From: Candidatus Woesearchaeota archaeon
GTDB taxonomy: Archaea > Nanobdellota > Nanobdellia > SCGC-AAA011-G17 > CAYFGV01
Direction of reading: 5' to 3'
DNA length: 64,000 nucleotides
NCBI GenBank assembly: GCA_964452525.1
Contig: CAYVLZ010000005.1
Location: 6,979 to 70,978 of the forward strand
The stretch's first letter is position 1, and each line of letters starts with the position of its first letter. Positions 27,806-38,229 of this stretch are shown in pieces. Below the pieces are notes generated by a model. That model ran no database searches. It had not been told where the DNA came from and saw only the letters and a list, made by a program, of their open reading frames with translations. Made by a program: the position numbers and the translations under genes.

Positions 27806-29011
27806 ATGATAGCAGATTTTATAGTATATCCTGTTTATTTTATAACTATTTTTGTTAGTGTATTTTATCTTGTAACTTATTTTCAAAGTAAGAAATATTT
27901 TCATAGCAATATTACAACAAGATTCCCTTTTATTACAATAATAATGCCTGCTTATAATGAAGAACAGGTGATAGCTGATTCTATTACAGGTTTATTGAAT
28001 ATAGATTATCCTAAAGATAAGTTTAAAGTTATTGTAGTTGATGATGGAAGTAAAGATGATACTTATAATCTAGCTAAAGAATTTGAAGGTGGAAATGTTT
28101 TCGTTTACACTAAAAAAAATGAAGGTAAAGCTGCTGCTATGAATTTTGGTATAGATAAGGCTGAAGGAGAGTTTATGGTTACTATTGATGCCGATAGTTA
28201 TATGGATCCTGATTTATTGAAAAAGGCGATACCCTATTTTGATGATCCTGAAGTTGGTTTGGCGGTTCCCACTCTTAAGCCCCATAAACCCAAAAAAATA
28301 ATAGAGAAAATACAGCTTATGGAATATGTTATGAGTAGTTTTAATAGAAAAGTTTTAACTTTCATCGGAAGTATGTTGGCTGCTCCGGCATGTACCATAT
28401 TCCGAGCACAAGTTTTTAAGAAGATAGGCAAGTTTGATGTGGGTAATCTTACAGAGGATTTTGAGATAGCTCTGAGAGCGCAAAAACATAACTATAAACT
28501 AGCACACATTTTAGATTCTACTACGCATACGCATGTTCCAGATACTTTAAAGAAATTATTCAGACAGAGATTGAGATGGGATTACGGTACTTTTTATAAT
28601 CTTAGAAAACATAGACAGTTGTTTAGTTTGAAGTATGGAGATTTGGGTATATTTTATCTTCCTGTCTTTGTTATAGCTATAGGTATTGGAATTCTTATTT
28701 ATAGTCTGTTTACATATGATTGGTTGACAAGATTCATAAGAAGATTTCATTTACTCTCATTAACTAATTTTGATTTGGATTTGAGTGGGCTTAGTCCATG
28801 GGATTTTGTTCCTGGAGCAAGGGTCATACTTGGTGTTATAGTATTGATATTTGCTTTATTGCTTTATAGATATAGTAAAAAATATACTAATGAGAAAAGA
28901 GTTAATTTAATAAGTTTGACCGCATACTTCACTATCTTCAACTTTGGCATGGTTATTATTTGGATAGTAGCGTTATTTTATTTTATCTTGGGTAAGAAAC
29001 CAAAATGGTAA
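27806..29011 (+). CDS. Membrane GT2 glycosyltransferase (processive, QxxRW type)
   Basis: PAYNEE, VVDDGS, GKAAAMN, IDAD, TEDF, QRLRW. Confidence 0.92.
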   Translation: MIADFIVYPVYFITIFVSVFYLVTYFQSKKYFHSNITTRFPFITIIMPAYNEEQVIADSITGLLNIDYPKDKFKVIVVDDGSKDDTYNLAKEFEGGNVFVYTKKNEGKAAAMNFGIDKAEGEFMVTIDADSYMDPDLLKKAIPYFDDPEVGLAVPTLKPHKPKKIIEKIQLMEYVMSSFNRKVLTFIGSMLAAPACTIFRAQVFKKIGKFDVGNLTEDFEIALRAQKHNYKLAHILDSTTHTHVPDTLKKLFRQRLRWDYGTFYNLRKHRQLFSLKYGDLGIFYLPVFVIAIGIGILIYSLFTYDWLTRFIRRFHLLSLTNFDLDLSGLSPWDFVPGARVILGVIVLIFALLLYRYSKKYTNEKRVNLISLTAYFTIFNFGMVIIWIVALFYFILGKKPKW

Positions 29012-29643
29012 GAACAGTAAGTAAAAGAAAATATGCAATCGTTTATGTATTCACAGCTCTAATCTTTCTTGTTGGTTTAGCAGTGGGATGGCAAATTAGT
29101 AACTATTTGGTTTCGGATGTTAAAGAGAGCAATGATGTTTTGAGAAGTCAACTTATTGGTCTAGATTTAAGAGACGAGTTGTTAAATGAAGATATTTGCG
29201 ATGTTCCCGAGTATATATTGTTTGAAGAGAGACTTAGGATAGCTAGAGAAATAACAGAGTTAGAAGATCGTCTTGGTAAATATGATAAGGAAGTATTAGT
29301 ACAAAAGGAATTTTATCAATTAATTGAGTTGAAAACTTGGTTACTAGTTAAAAATTTAAACGATAATTGCATAGAGAATTATGATTGGATATTGTTTTTT
29401 TATAGTAATAGTAAAGAGAATAATTTAGATAAAATAAGTGAAGATCAAGGTTATGTTTTAGATAATTTTTATTCAAATAACAGAGACGTGGTTGTATTTT
29501 CGTTTGATATTGACACGAGAAATCCTGCTTTGAATACCTTAAAAGAGATATATAACATTTCTGTAGTTCCTAGTTTGGTTATTAATGAAGATTTATACGA
29601 AGGGTACCAGAATTACTACCAGATAGAGCAGGCTATGGGATAA
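29005..29643 (+). CDS. Membrane-anchored protein with thioredoxin-like C-terminal domain (no CxxC)
   Basis: N-terminal TM; ILFFYS..QGYVLD..VFSFD..YNISVVPSLVIN. Confidence 0.6.
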   Translation: MVRTVSKRKYAIVYVFTALIFLVGLAVGWQISNYLVSDVKESNDVLRSQLIGLDLRDELLNEDICDVPEYILFEERLRIAREITELEDRLGKYDKEVLVQKEFYQLIELKTWLLVKNLNDNCIENYDWILFFYSNSKENNLDKISEDQGYVLDNFYSNNRDVVVFSFDIDTRNPALNTLKEIYNISVVPSLVINEDLYEGYQNYYQIEQAMG

Positions 29644-29680
29644 ACAAAATTTATTTAAGTAAAAAAGTATTCTTATTATC

Positions 29681-30130
29681 ATGGGTACTTGTGATTTGTG
29701 TGGTGTTGAAGAAGAACTTGTTGAAGCTATAGTTGAGGGTGCTTTGTTATCTGTTTGCGATAGATGTTCTAAGCATGGAGAAGTTATAAAAGTTCAACCT
29801 AAGATTATAACTAAAAGAGTTGAGAAGGAGAAGAAATTAGATATTGGTCCTGTTAAAATGGTTGTTGATGATTATGCGGAATTAGTAAGGAAAGCCAGGG
29901 AGAAAAAAGGGCTAAAGCAGAAAGATCTTGCTAGAAGTATTGGAGAAAAAGAATCTACAATTCATAAAGTTGAAACCAGCCATCTTAAACCCAGTTTAGT
30001 TTTAGCAAAAAAATTTGAAGTTTTCCTTGGTGTTAAACTTATTGGAGACTATGAAGACATGCCTAAGAAGAAGATAGATTTTAGAGATAGTAATCTGACA
30101 GTTGGAGATTTGATTAGAGCGGGCAAATGA
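29681..30130 (+). CDS. mbf1: Archaeal MBF1 (Zn ribbon + HTH)
   Basis: CDLCG..IVEGA..VCDRC..G, AREKKGLKQKDLA, LTVGD. Confidence 0.92.
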   Translation: MGTCDLCGVEEELVEAIVEGALLSVCDRCSKHGEVIKVQPKIITKRVEKEKKLDIGPVKMVVDDYAELVRKAREKKGLKQKDLARSIGEKESTIHKVETSHLKPSLVLAKKFEVFLGVKLIGDYEDMPKKKIDFRDSNLTVGDLIRAGK

Positions 30131-30180
30131 TTAATTTTCAAAAACGAAAGATTTAAAATTGGTTTATTTTTCTTTAATTC

Positions 30181-30453
30181 ATGGAAATAACTATTCTAGA
30201 AGAGTCTAAAAATAAGATTAGGTTTAAGTTAATTGGAGAAGACCATACCCTATGTAACGCCCTTAGAAAGGAGTTATGGAAAGATAAGCATGTAACCGTT
30301 GCGGGTTATAATGTAGAACATCCTATGGTTAGCGAACCGGTGATGGTTGTAGAAACCTCTGGTGAAGATCCTAGAAAAGCTTTATTTAGAGCTGTAGAAG
30401 GTTTAAAAAGCAATAATAAGGAAATAATAACACAGCTTAAGAATATAAAATGA
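30181..30453 (+). CDS. rpoL: RNA polymerase subunit L (Rpo11)
   Basis: GEDHTLCNALR..AGYNVEHP. Confidence 0.95.
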   Translation: MEITILEESKNKIRFKLIGEDHTLCNALRKELWKDKHVTVAGYNVEHPMVSEPVMVVETSGEDPRKALFRAVEGLKSNNKEIITQLKNIK

Positions 30454-31004
30454 TGCTCAATTCTGAGCAAGGAAAGGCACTTCTCCAGTTAGCGAGACAT
30501 TCTATAAGCTCTTATTTTTTAAAAGAAGAATTAAGTTTACCAGGTAAATTTAATATTAAGCAAGGGGTTTTTGTAACGCTTCATGATTCTACCGCTAGAT
30601 TAAGAGGTTGTATTGGATTTATAGATCCTATTTTTCCCTTAGAAGAAGCTGTTTTCAGAGCAGCCAGAGCTGCAGCATTTTCTGATCCACGGTTTAAACC
30701 GTTAGATAAGGAAGAATTACAAAATATAGTTATAGAAATATCTGTTTTAACAAAACCAGAGTCTTTACAGCTAGATCGTGGTGATTTTAAGAAGATCGTT
30801 ATTGGTGAGGATGGTTTGGTTGTGGAAAAGGGTAATTGTAAGGGCTTATTGTTGCCTGTTGTTGCTGTAGAACAGAACTGGGATCAAAGGAAGTTTATAG
30901 AGAATTGTTGTGTTAAGGCTGGTTTAGACAAAGATTCTTGGAGAGACCAAGAATGTAGAATTTATAGATTTCAAGCACAGGTTTTTTCTGAAAATGATGG
31001 ATGA
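30450..31004 (+). CDS. amrA: AMMECR1-domain protein (AmmeMemoRadiSam protein A)
   Basis: GVFVTL..LRGCIG..AAFSDPRF..IEISVLT..GLLLP.V..C.KAG. Confidence 0.93.
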   Translation: MMLNSEQGKALLQLARHSISSYFLKEELSLPGKFNIKQGVFVTLHDSTARLRGCIGFIDPIFPLEEAVFRAARAAAFSDPRFKPLDKEELQNIVIEISVLTKPESLQLDRGDFKKIVIGEDGLVVEKGNCKGLLLPVVAVEQNWDQRKFIENCCVKAGLDKDSWRDQECRIYRFQAQVFSENDG

Positions 31005-31641
31005 GAGATTAGATTATGAGGATCATGAAGAGAATAAAAGAAGTCCTATAATATATATTTTAACTACTTTTTTGTTTTTGTTGGTTGTTTTAATGGCCAT
31101 ACCTTATTATGGTATAAGATCTGATCCTAGTCCTACTTATATTCCTGAGTTGGAAGATGTCATGTCTGGTCTTGTTATTGATAATGCGACTAGGTTAAGT
31201 GACATTGAACAAATTAATTATGTTCAGGTAGATCCTTTTTTGAAAACAGTTTCTGCTAGAGTTGCTAGGTCTTGTGATACTAGCAGGAAGGTTTGTTACT
31301 CTAAAGCTTTTTTTATTTTTGTTAGAGATGAGATCAGTTATATTAGTGACCCTGATTTTGAGTACATAGAGAGTGCTGAGCTTGTTTTAAATAGTGGTTC
31401 TGCTGATTGTGATGGTAAAAGTATTTTGTTAGTTAGTTTTTTGAAAAGTGTGGGTGTTCCTAGTAGAATTGTAATTGGGAACAACCATGCTTTTGTTCAG
31501 GCTTATTTGCCGGATGCTCTAGAGTCTTACAAGACTGAGGGTGAATGGGTGAGTTTAGATCCTAGTTGTAGCAATTGTGAGTTTGGGGAAGTAAATCCTA
31601 GGTATCTGAATAATATTTATGATGTGGTTTATGTGAATTAA
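30994..31641 (+). CDS. Membrane-anchored transglutaminase-like cysteine protease domain protein
   Basis: N-terminal TM; ADCDGKSILL, NHAF, W..LDP (Cys-His-Asp triad). Confidence 0.85.
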   Translation: MMDERLDYEDHEENKRSPIIYILTTFLFLLVVLMAIPYYGIRSDPSPTYIPELEDVMSGLVIDNATRLSDIEQINYVQVDPFLKTVSARVARSCDTSRKVCYSKAFFIFVRDEISYISDPDFEYIESAELVLNSGSADCDGKSILLVSFLKSVGVPSRIVIGNNHAFVQAYLPDALESYKTEGEWVSLDPSCSNCEFGEVNPRYLNNIYDVVYVN

Positions 31642-31682
31642 AATAGAAAGTTTTTTATGTATCCTGTTTAGTAAGTTAAAAA

Positions 31683-32273
31683 ATGGTTTCTTGGTCTAGG
31701 GTGTTGAGGAAGTTCTGGAATTTCATATGGCATGACAATAGTGTTTGGAGTTGGCTTGCTAATATAGCTTTAGCATTTGTTTTAGTTTACTTTATTGTAT
31801 ACCCTGGTTTGGGTTTATTTTTAAGCACTACTCATCCTGTTGTTGCTGTTGTTTCTGGAAGCATGGAGCATGGATCTGATTTTGATGAATGGTGGGATAG
31901 TAATAGGGGTGCTTGGTATGAGAAGAATGGCATAGATAAAGAAATGTTTAGTCAATATATTTTTAAGAATGGTTTTAATAAAGGAGATATCATGGTTTTG
32001 ACTGGAGCGGAGGCTCCAGAAATTGAAGTCGGGGACGTGATTGTTTTTAGGAGCAATGCTAATGATCCTATAATTCACAGGGTGGTGAATAAAACTTATG
32101 AGGATGGAGAATATGTTTTTCAGACTAAAGGAGACCATAATGCTGGAATTAGTAGTCCTTTGGGGGAGGACGATATAACGGAGAATGAGATTGTAGGTAA
32201 GGCAGTATTTAGAGTTCCTTGGTTGGGATGGTTTAAAATTATATTTGTAGATTTATTAAACTTTATAGGGTGA
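31683..32273 (+). CDS. sec11: Signal peptidase I (Sec11 type)
   Basis: VSGSME, GDVIVF, IIHRV, TKGDHN. Confidence 0.93.
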   Translation: MVSWSRVLRKFWNFIWHDNSVWSWLANIALAFVLVYFIVYPGLGLFLSTTHPVVAVVSGSMEHGSDFDEWWDSNRGAWYEKNGIDKEMFSQYIFKNGFNKGDIMVLTGAEAPEIEVGDVIVFRSNANDPIIHRVVNKTYEDGEYVFQTKGDHNAGISSPLGEDDITENEIVGKAVFRVPWLGWFKIIFVDLLNFIG

Positions 32274-32279
32274 TAAAAG

Positions 32280-32588
32280 ATGTTTTGTCCAAAATGTGGA
32301 AGTATTTTAATTGTAGACTCTGATAAAAAGAAGTTAAGATGTAAATGTGGGTACACTCCTAGATCGAAGAAAAATGTTATTTTGAAAGAGAAGACTAACT
32401 TGAAAGAAGGTTTTGGTGTTCTTGATGAGAAGGATCTTAAGACTTTGCCAAAAGTTAAAGAAACTTGTAAAAAGTGTGGTAATAAACAGGCTTATTATTG
32501 GTTAGTTCAGACAAGAGCTGCTGATGAAGCAGAGACAAGGTTTTTAGAGTGTACAAAATGTAAGCATAGGTGGAGAGTCTATGAATAA
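32280..32588 (+). CDS. tfs: Transcription factor S (TFS/RpoM)
   Basis: MFCPKCGS..C.KCGN..QTRAADEAETRF..CTKCKHRW. Confidence 0.95.
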   Translation: MFCPKCGSILIVDSDKKKLRCKCGYTPRSKKNVILKEKTNLKEGFGVLDEKDLKTLPKVKETCKKCGNKQAYYWLVQTRAADEAETRFLECTKCKHRWRVYE

Positions 32589-32871
32589 TTTTGTTGAAAA
32601 AAGAATAAGGAATGTTAAAGAAGGAGACTTTAAAGTAGCTGTTTCAGGTATTGTGGTTAGTAAGGGGCAGAATAGTTTCATGATTGATGACGGAACAGGA
32701 CAAGCAGGAGTTTTTTACGGCGGAGAGATTGAGCAAGGAAAGTATTTTAGAGTATTTGGCAGAGTTTCTAGATTTGGAGAAGGCTTAGAGATTGAAGCAG
32801 AGTTTATACAATCTTTGGAAGGTATAGATAAACAATTACATCAACAGATTGTTGACATTATGAATAAATAA
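32581..32871 (+). CDS. Single OB-fold protein, small replication protein A subunit-like
   Basis: VSGIVV..IDDGTG..RVFGRV..IEAEFIQ. Confidence 0.8.
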   Translation: MNNFVEKRIRNVKEGDFKVAVSGIVVSKGQNSFMIDDGTGQAGVFYGGEIEQGKYFRVFGRVSRFGEGLEIEAEFIQSLEGIDKQLHQQIVDIMNK

Positions 32872-32902
32872 TCTTTATATATTAGTAATTTAAGTTAGTT
32901 AT

Positions 32903-33301
32903 ATGGTAGCTTTAACTACTGGGAGTTTGTTATTGATTCCCTCTTTAGCATTGGGAGTAATAATTGGTTTAATAGAGGTAATATTTGTGCATTCTGATGA
33001 GCCTGGAATGGGTTGGTTTAAGCATGGGTTGCATGCTTTTCCTTTTGCTGTCCTTTTTGTTTTTATTAACATGAATGTTCAATACGTTTTGGATTTGTTT
33101 AATTTAGTTTTGCCTTTTAATGTTCTTTATGTGTATCTTGGTGTTGGAGTAATAGCTTTTATTAAGATTCAAGGAGCAGCAGCTATAGCTGGAAGTACTG
33201 GAGAAAAGCTTTGGCACACATTGATTATAGCTTTGTTGATTGTAGGGGCCCCTTACCTTTGGCAATATATCGGACCTTTGATGCCTGCTTATTTACAATA
33301 G
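32903..33301 (+). CDS. Four-TM membrane protein
   Basis: Hydrophobic segments with polar E/H residues (IFVHSDE, HGLHA, GEKLWH). Confidence 0.7.
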   Translation: MVALTTGSLLLIPSLALGVIIGLIEVIFVHSDEPGMGWFKHGLHAFPFAVLFVFINMNVQYVLDLFNLVLPFNVLYVYLGVGVIAFIKIQGAAAIAGSTGEKLWHTLIIALLIVGAPYLWQYIGPLMPAYLQ

Positions 33302-33349
33302 ATGTTCTAAAACAACAAACTATAAATATTAAATGGTATTTCTGCATTT

Positions 33350-34093
33350 ATGAAGTTAGTTTTGGCTGAACCTAAATATCTGAAGGATAGTGTTTTTATT
33401 TTATCTGAGCTTGTAAATGATGTGCAATTAAAAGTCACTAAAGATAAGATAGAAGTTATATCTATGGATCCTGCTAATGTTGCTATGGTTATTTTTAGAT
33501 TATTGAGTAGTGCATTTGTTGAGTACAATGTTGATGGGGATAAAACTATCGGAGTTAGTTTAGATAGTTTGAAGAATGTACTTAGAAGAGCAAAACCTAG
33601 TGATACAGTAGTTATAGAATTAGATGAAGATAAGAATAAATTAAAGGTTCAATTGAGAGGGGATAGTACAAGAACTTTTAATCTTGGTCTGATTGATATT
33701 GAGGAGAAAGAACATAAGATTCCTGATTTAAATTTTTCTGCTAATATAGAAACTAATACAATCTTCTTTGATGAAGCAATAGAGGATATGGACGTTGTTT
33801 CTGATTCTGTTAATCTAAGTAGTGATAAGAATAATTTCATTATCCAGGCTACTGGTAACATTCATGAAGGTAATGTTGTAATGAATAATGATAAAGACAC
33901 TTCTATTATTCTGAATGGTGATTCTGCAAAGGCTAAATATAGTATTGAATATCTGAAAAAAATAATAAAAGGAAGTAAACTAGTTGATAAGGTAAAATTG
34001 CAGTTTAGTAATGATTATCCTTTAAGAGTAGAATATAATGTTAAAGATAAATTGCAATTGGTTACTATTTTAGCTCCTAGAGTTTCTGAATAG
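33350..34093 (+). CDS. pcn: PCNA sliding clamp
   Basis: SMDPANVAM, KYSIEYL, DYPL, LAPR. Confidence 0.96.
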   Translation: MKLVLAEPKYLKDSVFILSELVNDVQLKVTKDKIEVISMDPANVAMVIFRLLSSAFVEYNVDGDKTIGVSLDSLKNVLRRAKPSDTVVIELDEDKNKLKVQLRGDSTRTFNLGLIDIEEKEHKIPDLNFSANIETNTIFFDEAIEDMDVVSDSVNLSSDKNNFIIQATGNIHEGNVVMNNDKDTSIILNGDSAKAKYSIEYLKKIIKGSKLVDKVKLQFSNDYPLRVEYNVKDKLQLVTILAPRVSE

Positions 34094-34140
34094 GCTTTTG
34101 GAAGGGAAACCTTTATAAGTTTATTATCTTAAATAGTTGC

Positions 34141-34896
34141 ATGAGTAAAAGAGGTCAGGTTACTGCTTTTATATTAGTTGGTATTGTTGTTTTAGCTATA
34201 TTGGGTTTTGTTTTTTATGCTAGAGGTTATTTTTCTAGAATTTCTATTGGTGGAGAATCCGGACAGAGGTATGTTAATTCTCAGTTGGAATCTATTACTG
34301 AATATTTAGATGATTGCGTTAATGAGGTTGTAGAAGATGATTTAAAATTGTTAATAGATAATGCTGGTTTTTTTCAATTGACAAGCTATTATATTATTTA
34401 TGAAGGCGGAGAAGTTAATTATTTGATTTATGAAATAGATGGAGAAAAAGTTAATGGAATGAATTTAAAGAGTTATATTGAAGATCAGATTTCTGATCAT
34501 GTTAAGAATAAATTAGTTAATGAATGTACTTTGAAAGAATATGAAGATCAGTTTACCTTGAATAGAGGAAATATAAATGTAGATACCTTAATTGTTGATG
34601 AAAAGATATTGGTGGTACTAGATTATCCTGTTACAGTTGTCAGGGGAGATGTTAGAGGAGAGATAAGAGAGGTTGAAGTTGATATAGATACAGATTTTGG
34701 AAAGATTTATGATGCGGTTACTGATATTGTAAATGGTGAAATGGAGAATGGAGACTTTGATAAAAATAGTTACGAATTAAGTCATAGAGATATTGTTATA
34801 AGAAAAGATAACCTTTATTTATCTGATGCTGTTTATAGTATTACTACTACCGAAGATGGAGAAGATGAGTTTGTGATATTCGCGGTTAGAAGATGA
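34141..34896 (+). CDS. Pilin-like protein, class III signal peptide
   Basis: MSKRG/QVTAFILVGIVVL. Confidence 0.8.
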   Translation: MSKRGQVTAFILVGIVVLAILGFVFYARGYFSRISIGGESGQRYVNSQLESITEYLDDCVNEVVEDDLKLLIDNAGFFQLTSYYIIYEGGEVNYLIYEIDGEKVNGMNLKSYIEDQISDHVKNKLVNECTLKEYEDQFTLNRGNINVDTLIVDEKILVVLDYPVTVVRGDVRGEIREVEVDIDTDFGKIYDAVTDIVNGEMENGDFDKNSYELSHRDIVIRKDNLYLSDAVYSITTTEDGEDEFVIFAVRR

Positions 34897-36605
34897 AAAA
34901 AAAGAGTTTGATATTAATTTTTGTGTTTTTTGTTAGTTTGTTAACTATTTCTGTTGATAAGGTAAATGCGGCTAGCGTTTGTTGTGAAAAAAGTAACGGA
35001 GATTACTGTGTATTTACTGATATTGGTGCATGTGATACTGCTTATAGTAGCAATCTTCAGAGAAATTATGGTTTTTCACAGTTTTCTTGCTCATCTGTTA
35101 ATTATTGCCAACAAGTTTGTTGTATAGATACTGGTGGAGTTTGTTCCGAGGGTATGACTGAAGTACAGTGTTTAGATCAGGGGGGAACTGTTAGAAGTGA
35201 AGGTTGTGACAATTATTTAGAATGTCAGGTTGGAAGTTGTGTTATTGGTGGGCAATGTAGCACCGGAGTAACGAATAGGGAATGTAGATTAAATGCTGAT
35301 AAATTTAATGTTACTTATATTTTTGATCCCAATATTAATGATTTGGATGAATGTAGGGATAAGTATTCTACAGAAGAGGGTTGCTGTATTACTGAAAACG
35401 GTTGTGTAAGAACAACTTCTGCCGTATGTGAAGGTGATTTTAAAGCTGGAAAATTGTGTAGTAATACGGATTTCGTTGGGTTATGTACTAATCAAAAAGA
35501 GTTCGAGAGAAGATGTGGACCTGATGGTGAAGATGTTTATTGGTACGATTCTGAAGGGCAGTTAGAGAATATTGTCGGCGTTCCTTATGATGGAAATATT
35601 AGGACGAAGCAACAGTCTATGGGGGTTGTTGGTGATTGTGATTATGTTGCTGGGAATACTTGTGGGATAAATGAAAGGGGTGATTATTCTTGTGTAACTA
35701 TAGATTGTGTATCGGGAAATAAATTTAGCATTCCAAGGCCAATTCCAAGTACTGGAGAGGTGTTGAATATAGAAGTTGATATAAGTAATGATCTTTTAGG
35801 TGGAAAAAATATTAGGAAAAATGGAGAAAGCTGGTGTTTTATGAGTAGTTATAATTGGGATCAAACAAGTATGGATAGAGGTTACTATCTTGGTGACCAG
35901 TCTTTGGATAGTACTGGATTGGTTCATCAAAAATATTCGGCTGGATCTAGGCATTATATTATGAGTTGTAATCTTGGAAGAGTTGAGCCGGAATTTTGTA
36001 GTGCTTTTAGAGAAACGGTTTGTAAAGAAAACACGGTTTCAGGACAAACTTCTGCCAAATGTGTTGAGAATGAGGCTGATAAATGTAGAAGTATAACAAG
36101 TGATAGTGTTTGTAAGAATGAAGATAATCGGGAGTTTTGTGTTTTGAATACGGGAGGTATTAATGAATGTTGGCCTAGACCAGAATATGCCCTTGGTTTT
36201 GAGTTTTGGTTAGATTCTAATGTTAATAGTCAAAATGAAAGACAATGTCAAAGTAAATGTGGCAAGGGCGTAGATGTTTGTGATGATGATGAGTGTTGGA
36301 GTTTGGGAGATTGTACTATTGAAGATAGGGGCATGTTTGGTGGAGGTGGAAGTGCTTTGGCTGGTTGTGCTGTTGGAGCTGGTATCGGAGGTTTTGGAGC
36401 CCATATTCCTGTGGTTGGCGGACAGTTTGAATCTGGATTATTGAGATTGAGAGAGATATTTGGGTTGGTTCCAGATTTGGTAGGCCCTCCAGCACCCTCT
36501 TCTCCTCTTAGAGAAGATGTAGAAATCACTTGTAATACTGATGATGATTGTAATGAAGGAGAGAAATGTTTGTATCAGTTTGGAGGATGTGTTAAAGTAA
36601 GTTAG
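34893..36605 (+). CDS. Secreted highly Cys-rich protein
   Basis: Signal peptide, VCCEK, GCC, DVYWYDS, RKNGESWC, GSRHY; Gly-rich hydrophobic segment near the C-terminus. Confidence 0.75.
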   Translation: MKKKSLILIFVFFVSLLTISVDKVNAASVCCEKSNGDYCVFTDIGACDTAYSSNLQRNYGFSQFSCSSVNYCQQVCCIDTGGVCSEGMTEVQCLDQGGTVRSEGCDNYLECQVGSCVIGGQCSTGVTNRECRLNADKFNVTYIFDPNINDLDECRDKYSTEEGCCITENGCVRTTSAVCEGDFKAGKLCSNTDFVGLCTNQKEFERRCGPDGEDVYWYDSEGQLENIVGVPYDGNIRTKQQSMGVVGDCDYVAGNTCGINERGDYSCVTIDCVSGNKFSIPRPIPSTGEVLNIEVDISNDLLGGKNIRKNGESWCFMSSYNWDQTSMDRGYYLGDQSLDSTGLVHQKYSAGSRHYIMSCNLGRVEPEFCSAFRETVCKENTVSGQTSAKCVENEADKCRSITSDSVCKNEDNREFCVLNTGGINECWPRPEYALGFEFWLDSNVNSQNERQCQSKCGKGVDVCDDDECWSLGDCTIEDRGMFGGGGSALAGCAVGAGIGGFGAHIPVVGGQFESGLLRLREIFGLVPDLVGPPAPSSPLREDVEITCNTDDDCNEGEKCLYQFGGCVKVS

Positions 36606-36607
36606 AA

Positions 36608-38227
36608 ATGAATAAATCAAAGAAGACTTGGATGAAGCATGTTGTTGTTTTGGGAGTAGTTATGCTTTTGTTGATTCCTTCTGCTTTTGCTATCTGGAAT
36701 TATGTTATTGGATGTGGCGTTGGTGCTGTAGTTGGTCTTTTTGTCGGGGGCATTGGAGTAAATTGTTATGATTATCAATGGACTCCTGATATGGATAAGA
36801 GTAAAGATAATTATCAGTGTACTTTATGTAATAATTTTAATGAGTTTGGTTTAGATGAAGATTTGACTTCTTATTTTGAGCCTTGTACTGAGTATAGATG
36901 TAAGAGTATAGGTAAGTTATGTGAGTTTAAAGAGTTTGAAGAGGAGGAAGGAGCTGGTATCTGTGTAAGAAAAGATTGTAGTAAAGAATTTGATGCACCT
37001 AAAATTACCAATTGTGAGGTCAGGGATCCCGATACTACAAATAAATATAATGTAGCACAGACTGAAAATGGTTGTAAAATTCTAGATCCTATACCAGAGT
37101 TTGATGGTGCTGCTATTATGTTAAATATAAGCGAGGCTGGCCAGTGTAGGTTTAGTACTGTTCCTGATTTTACAGAAACTAATAGTGTTTGGTTTGGCAG
37201 TCCTAATTTTGATACAGCACATTTCTTTTTACTAAGTGTTTATGATGCCAATGAAACGGTTATTCAAGAATGTAATTCTGGAGATTGTAATTTATATGTT
37301 AAATGTGGTGATGTTTGTGATAATACAATGGGTAGTAGTTATGCTATTAGTTTCAATATAAAAGAAGGTCCTGATTTAGAATCTCCCAGGATTGTTGATA
37401 CTTTAGTTGAGAGTGGTGCTATGGTACCTGCTGGTATTGAAAATATAGAATTTAGTATGAGTGTTTTTGATCATAGCAATATTGAAAGTTGTAAATGGGC
37501 AACTGATGAATTTGAAGAATATGAAGATATTAAGAATACCTTTGATTGTAAGAATGATTTTGGCAATGTAGATGTTGTAGCTAATTTTCTTGAAGAAGGT
37601 ATATTTTGTGAAACTACTTTAACTGGATTAGAGGATGACGAAGATAATATATTTTACTTTAGTTGTAGAGACGATTCTGAACAGAAAAATACCTTAAAAC
37701 CTTATGTAGAGTTTATATTGAAAGGAACTACTCCCTTAAATATTACTAATTCTCATATGCCAGAAGGCACCCTTTATAGTTTGAATTATACCGTTACTGC
37801 TGTAACTAATAGGGATGCTAATTGTTATTATAAGATCAATAATAGAGACAGGGAAGAGTTTAATAATACTGGATTGACTTCACATAGCGCTGAGGTTAAA
37901 TTTGATCCAGGACAGGTTAATTTAGAAATTTTATGTCATGATATTGCTGGAAATGAAGATAGTGTTACAGGTACATTTAGAGCGGAAGAAGATACTAAAC
38001 CACCCACGTTGGTAAGGTTGTATTCTGATGCAAGTTATTTAACAGTTGTTTTAGATGAAGAAGCTAAATGTGAGTATTCTGATGAGCAATTTATATTTGA
38101 AGATGGTACGGTTATGGTTCCTGCAGATTATAGTAAAGAGCATAGAGCAGCAATAGGACAGGATGTTTATTACATCAAATGCAGGGATGTTTATGAGAAT
38201 GAGTTAAGCTTCACAGTTTATCCTTAA
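36608..38227 (+). CDS. Secreted Cys-rich protein with Ig-like repeats
   Basis: Signal peptide, CTEYRCKSIGKLC, repeated 'A.C.YS..H..YY..C.D..GN' units. Confidence 0.75.
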   Translation: MNKSKKTWMKHVVVLGVVMLLLIPSAFAIWNYVIGCGVGAVVGLFVGGIGVNCYDYQWTPDMDKSKDNYQCTLCNNFNEFGLDEDLTSYFEPCTEYRCKSIGKLCEFKEFEEEEGAGICVRKDCSKEFDAPKITNCEVRDPDTTNKYNVAQTENGCKILDPIPEFDGAAIMLNISEAGQCRFSTVPDFTETNSVWFGSPNFDTAHFFLLSVYDANETVIQECNSGDCNLYVKCGDVCDNTMGSSYAISFNIKEGPDLESPRIVDTLVESGAMVPAGIENIEFSMSVFDHSNIESCKWATDEFEEYEDIKNTFDCKNDFGNVDVVANFLEEGIFCETTLTGLEDDEDNIFYFSCRDDSEQKNTLKPYVEFILKGTTPLNITNSHMPEGTLYSLNYTVTAVTNRDANCYYKINNRDREEFNNTGLTSHSAEVKFDPGQVNLEILCHDIAGNEDSVTGTFRAEEDTKPPTLVRLYSDASYLTVVLDEEAKCEYSDEQFIFEDGTVMVPADYSKEHRAAIGQDVYYIKCRDVYENELSFTVYP

Positions 38228-38229
38228 AG

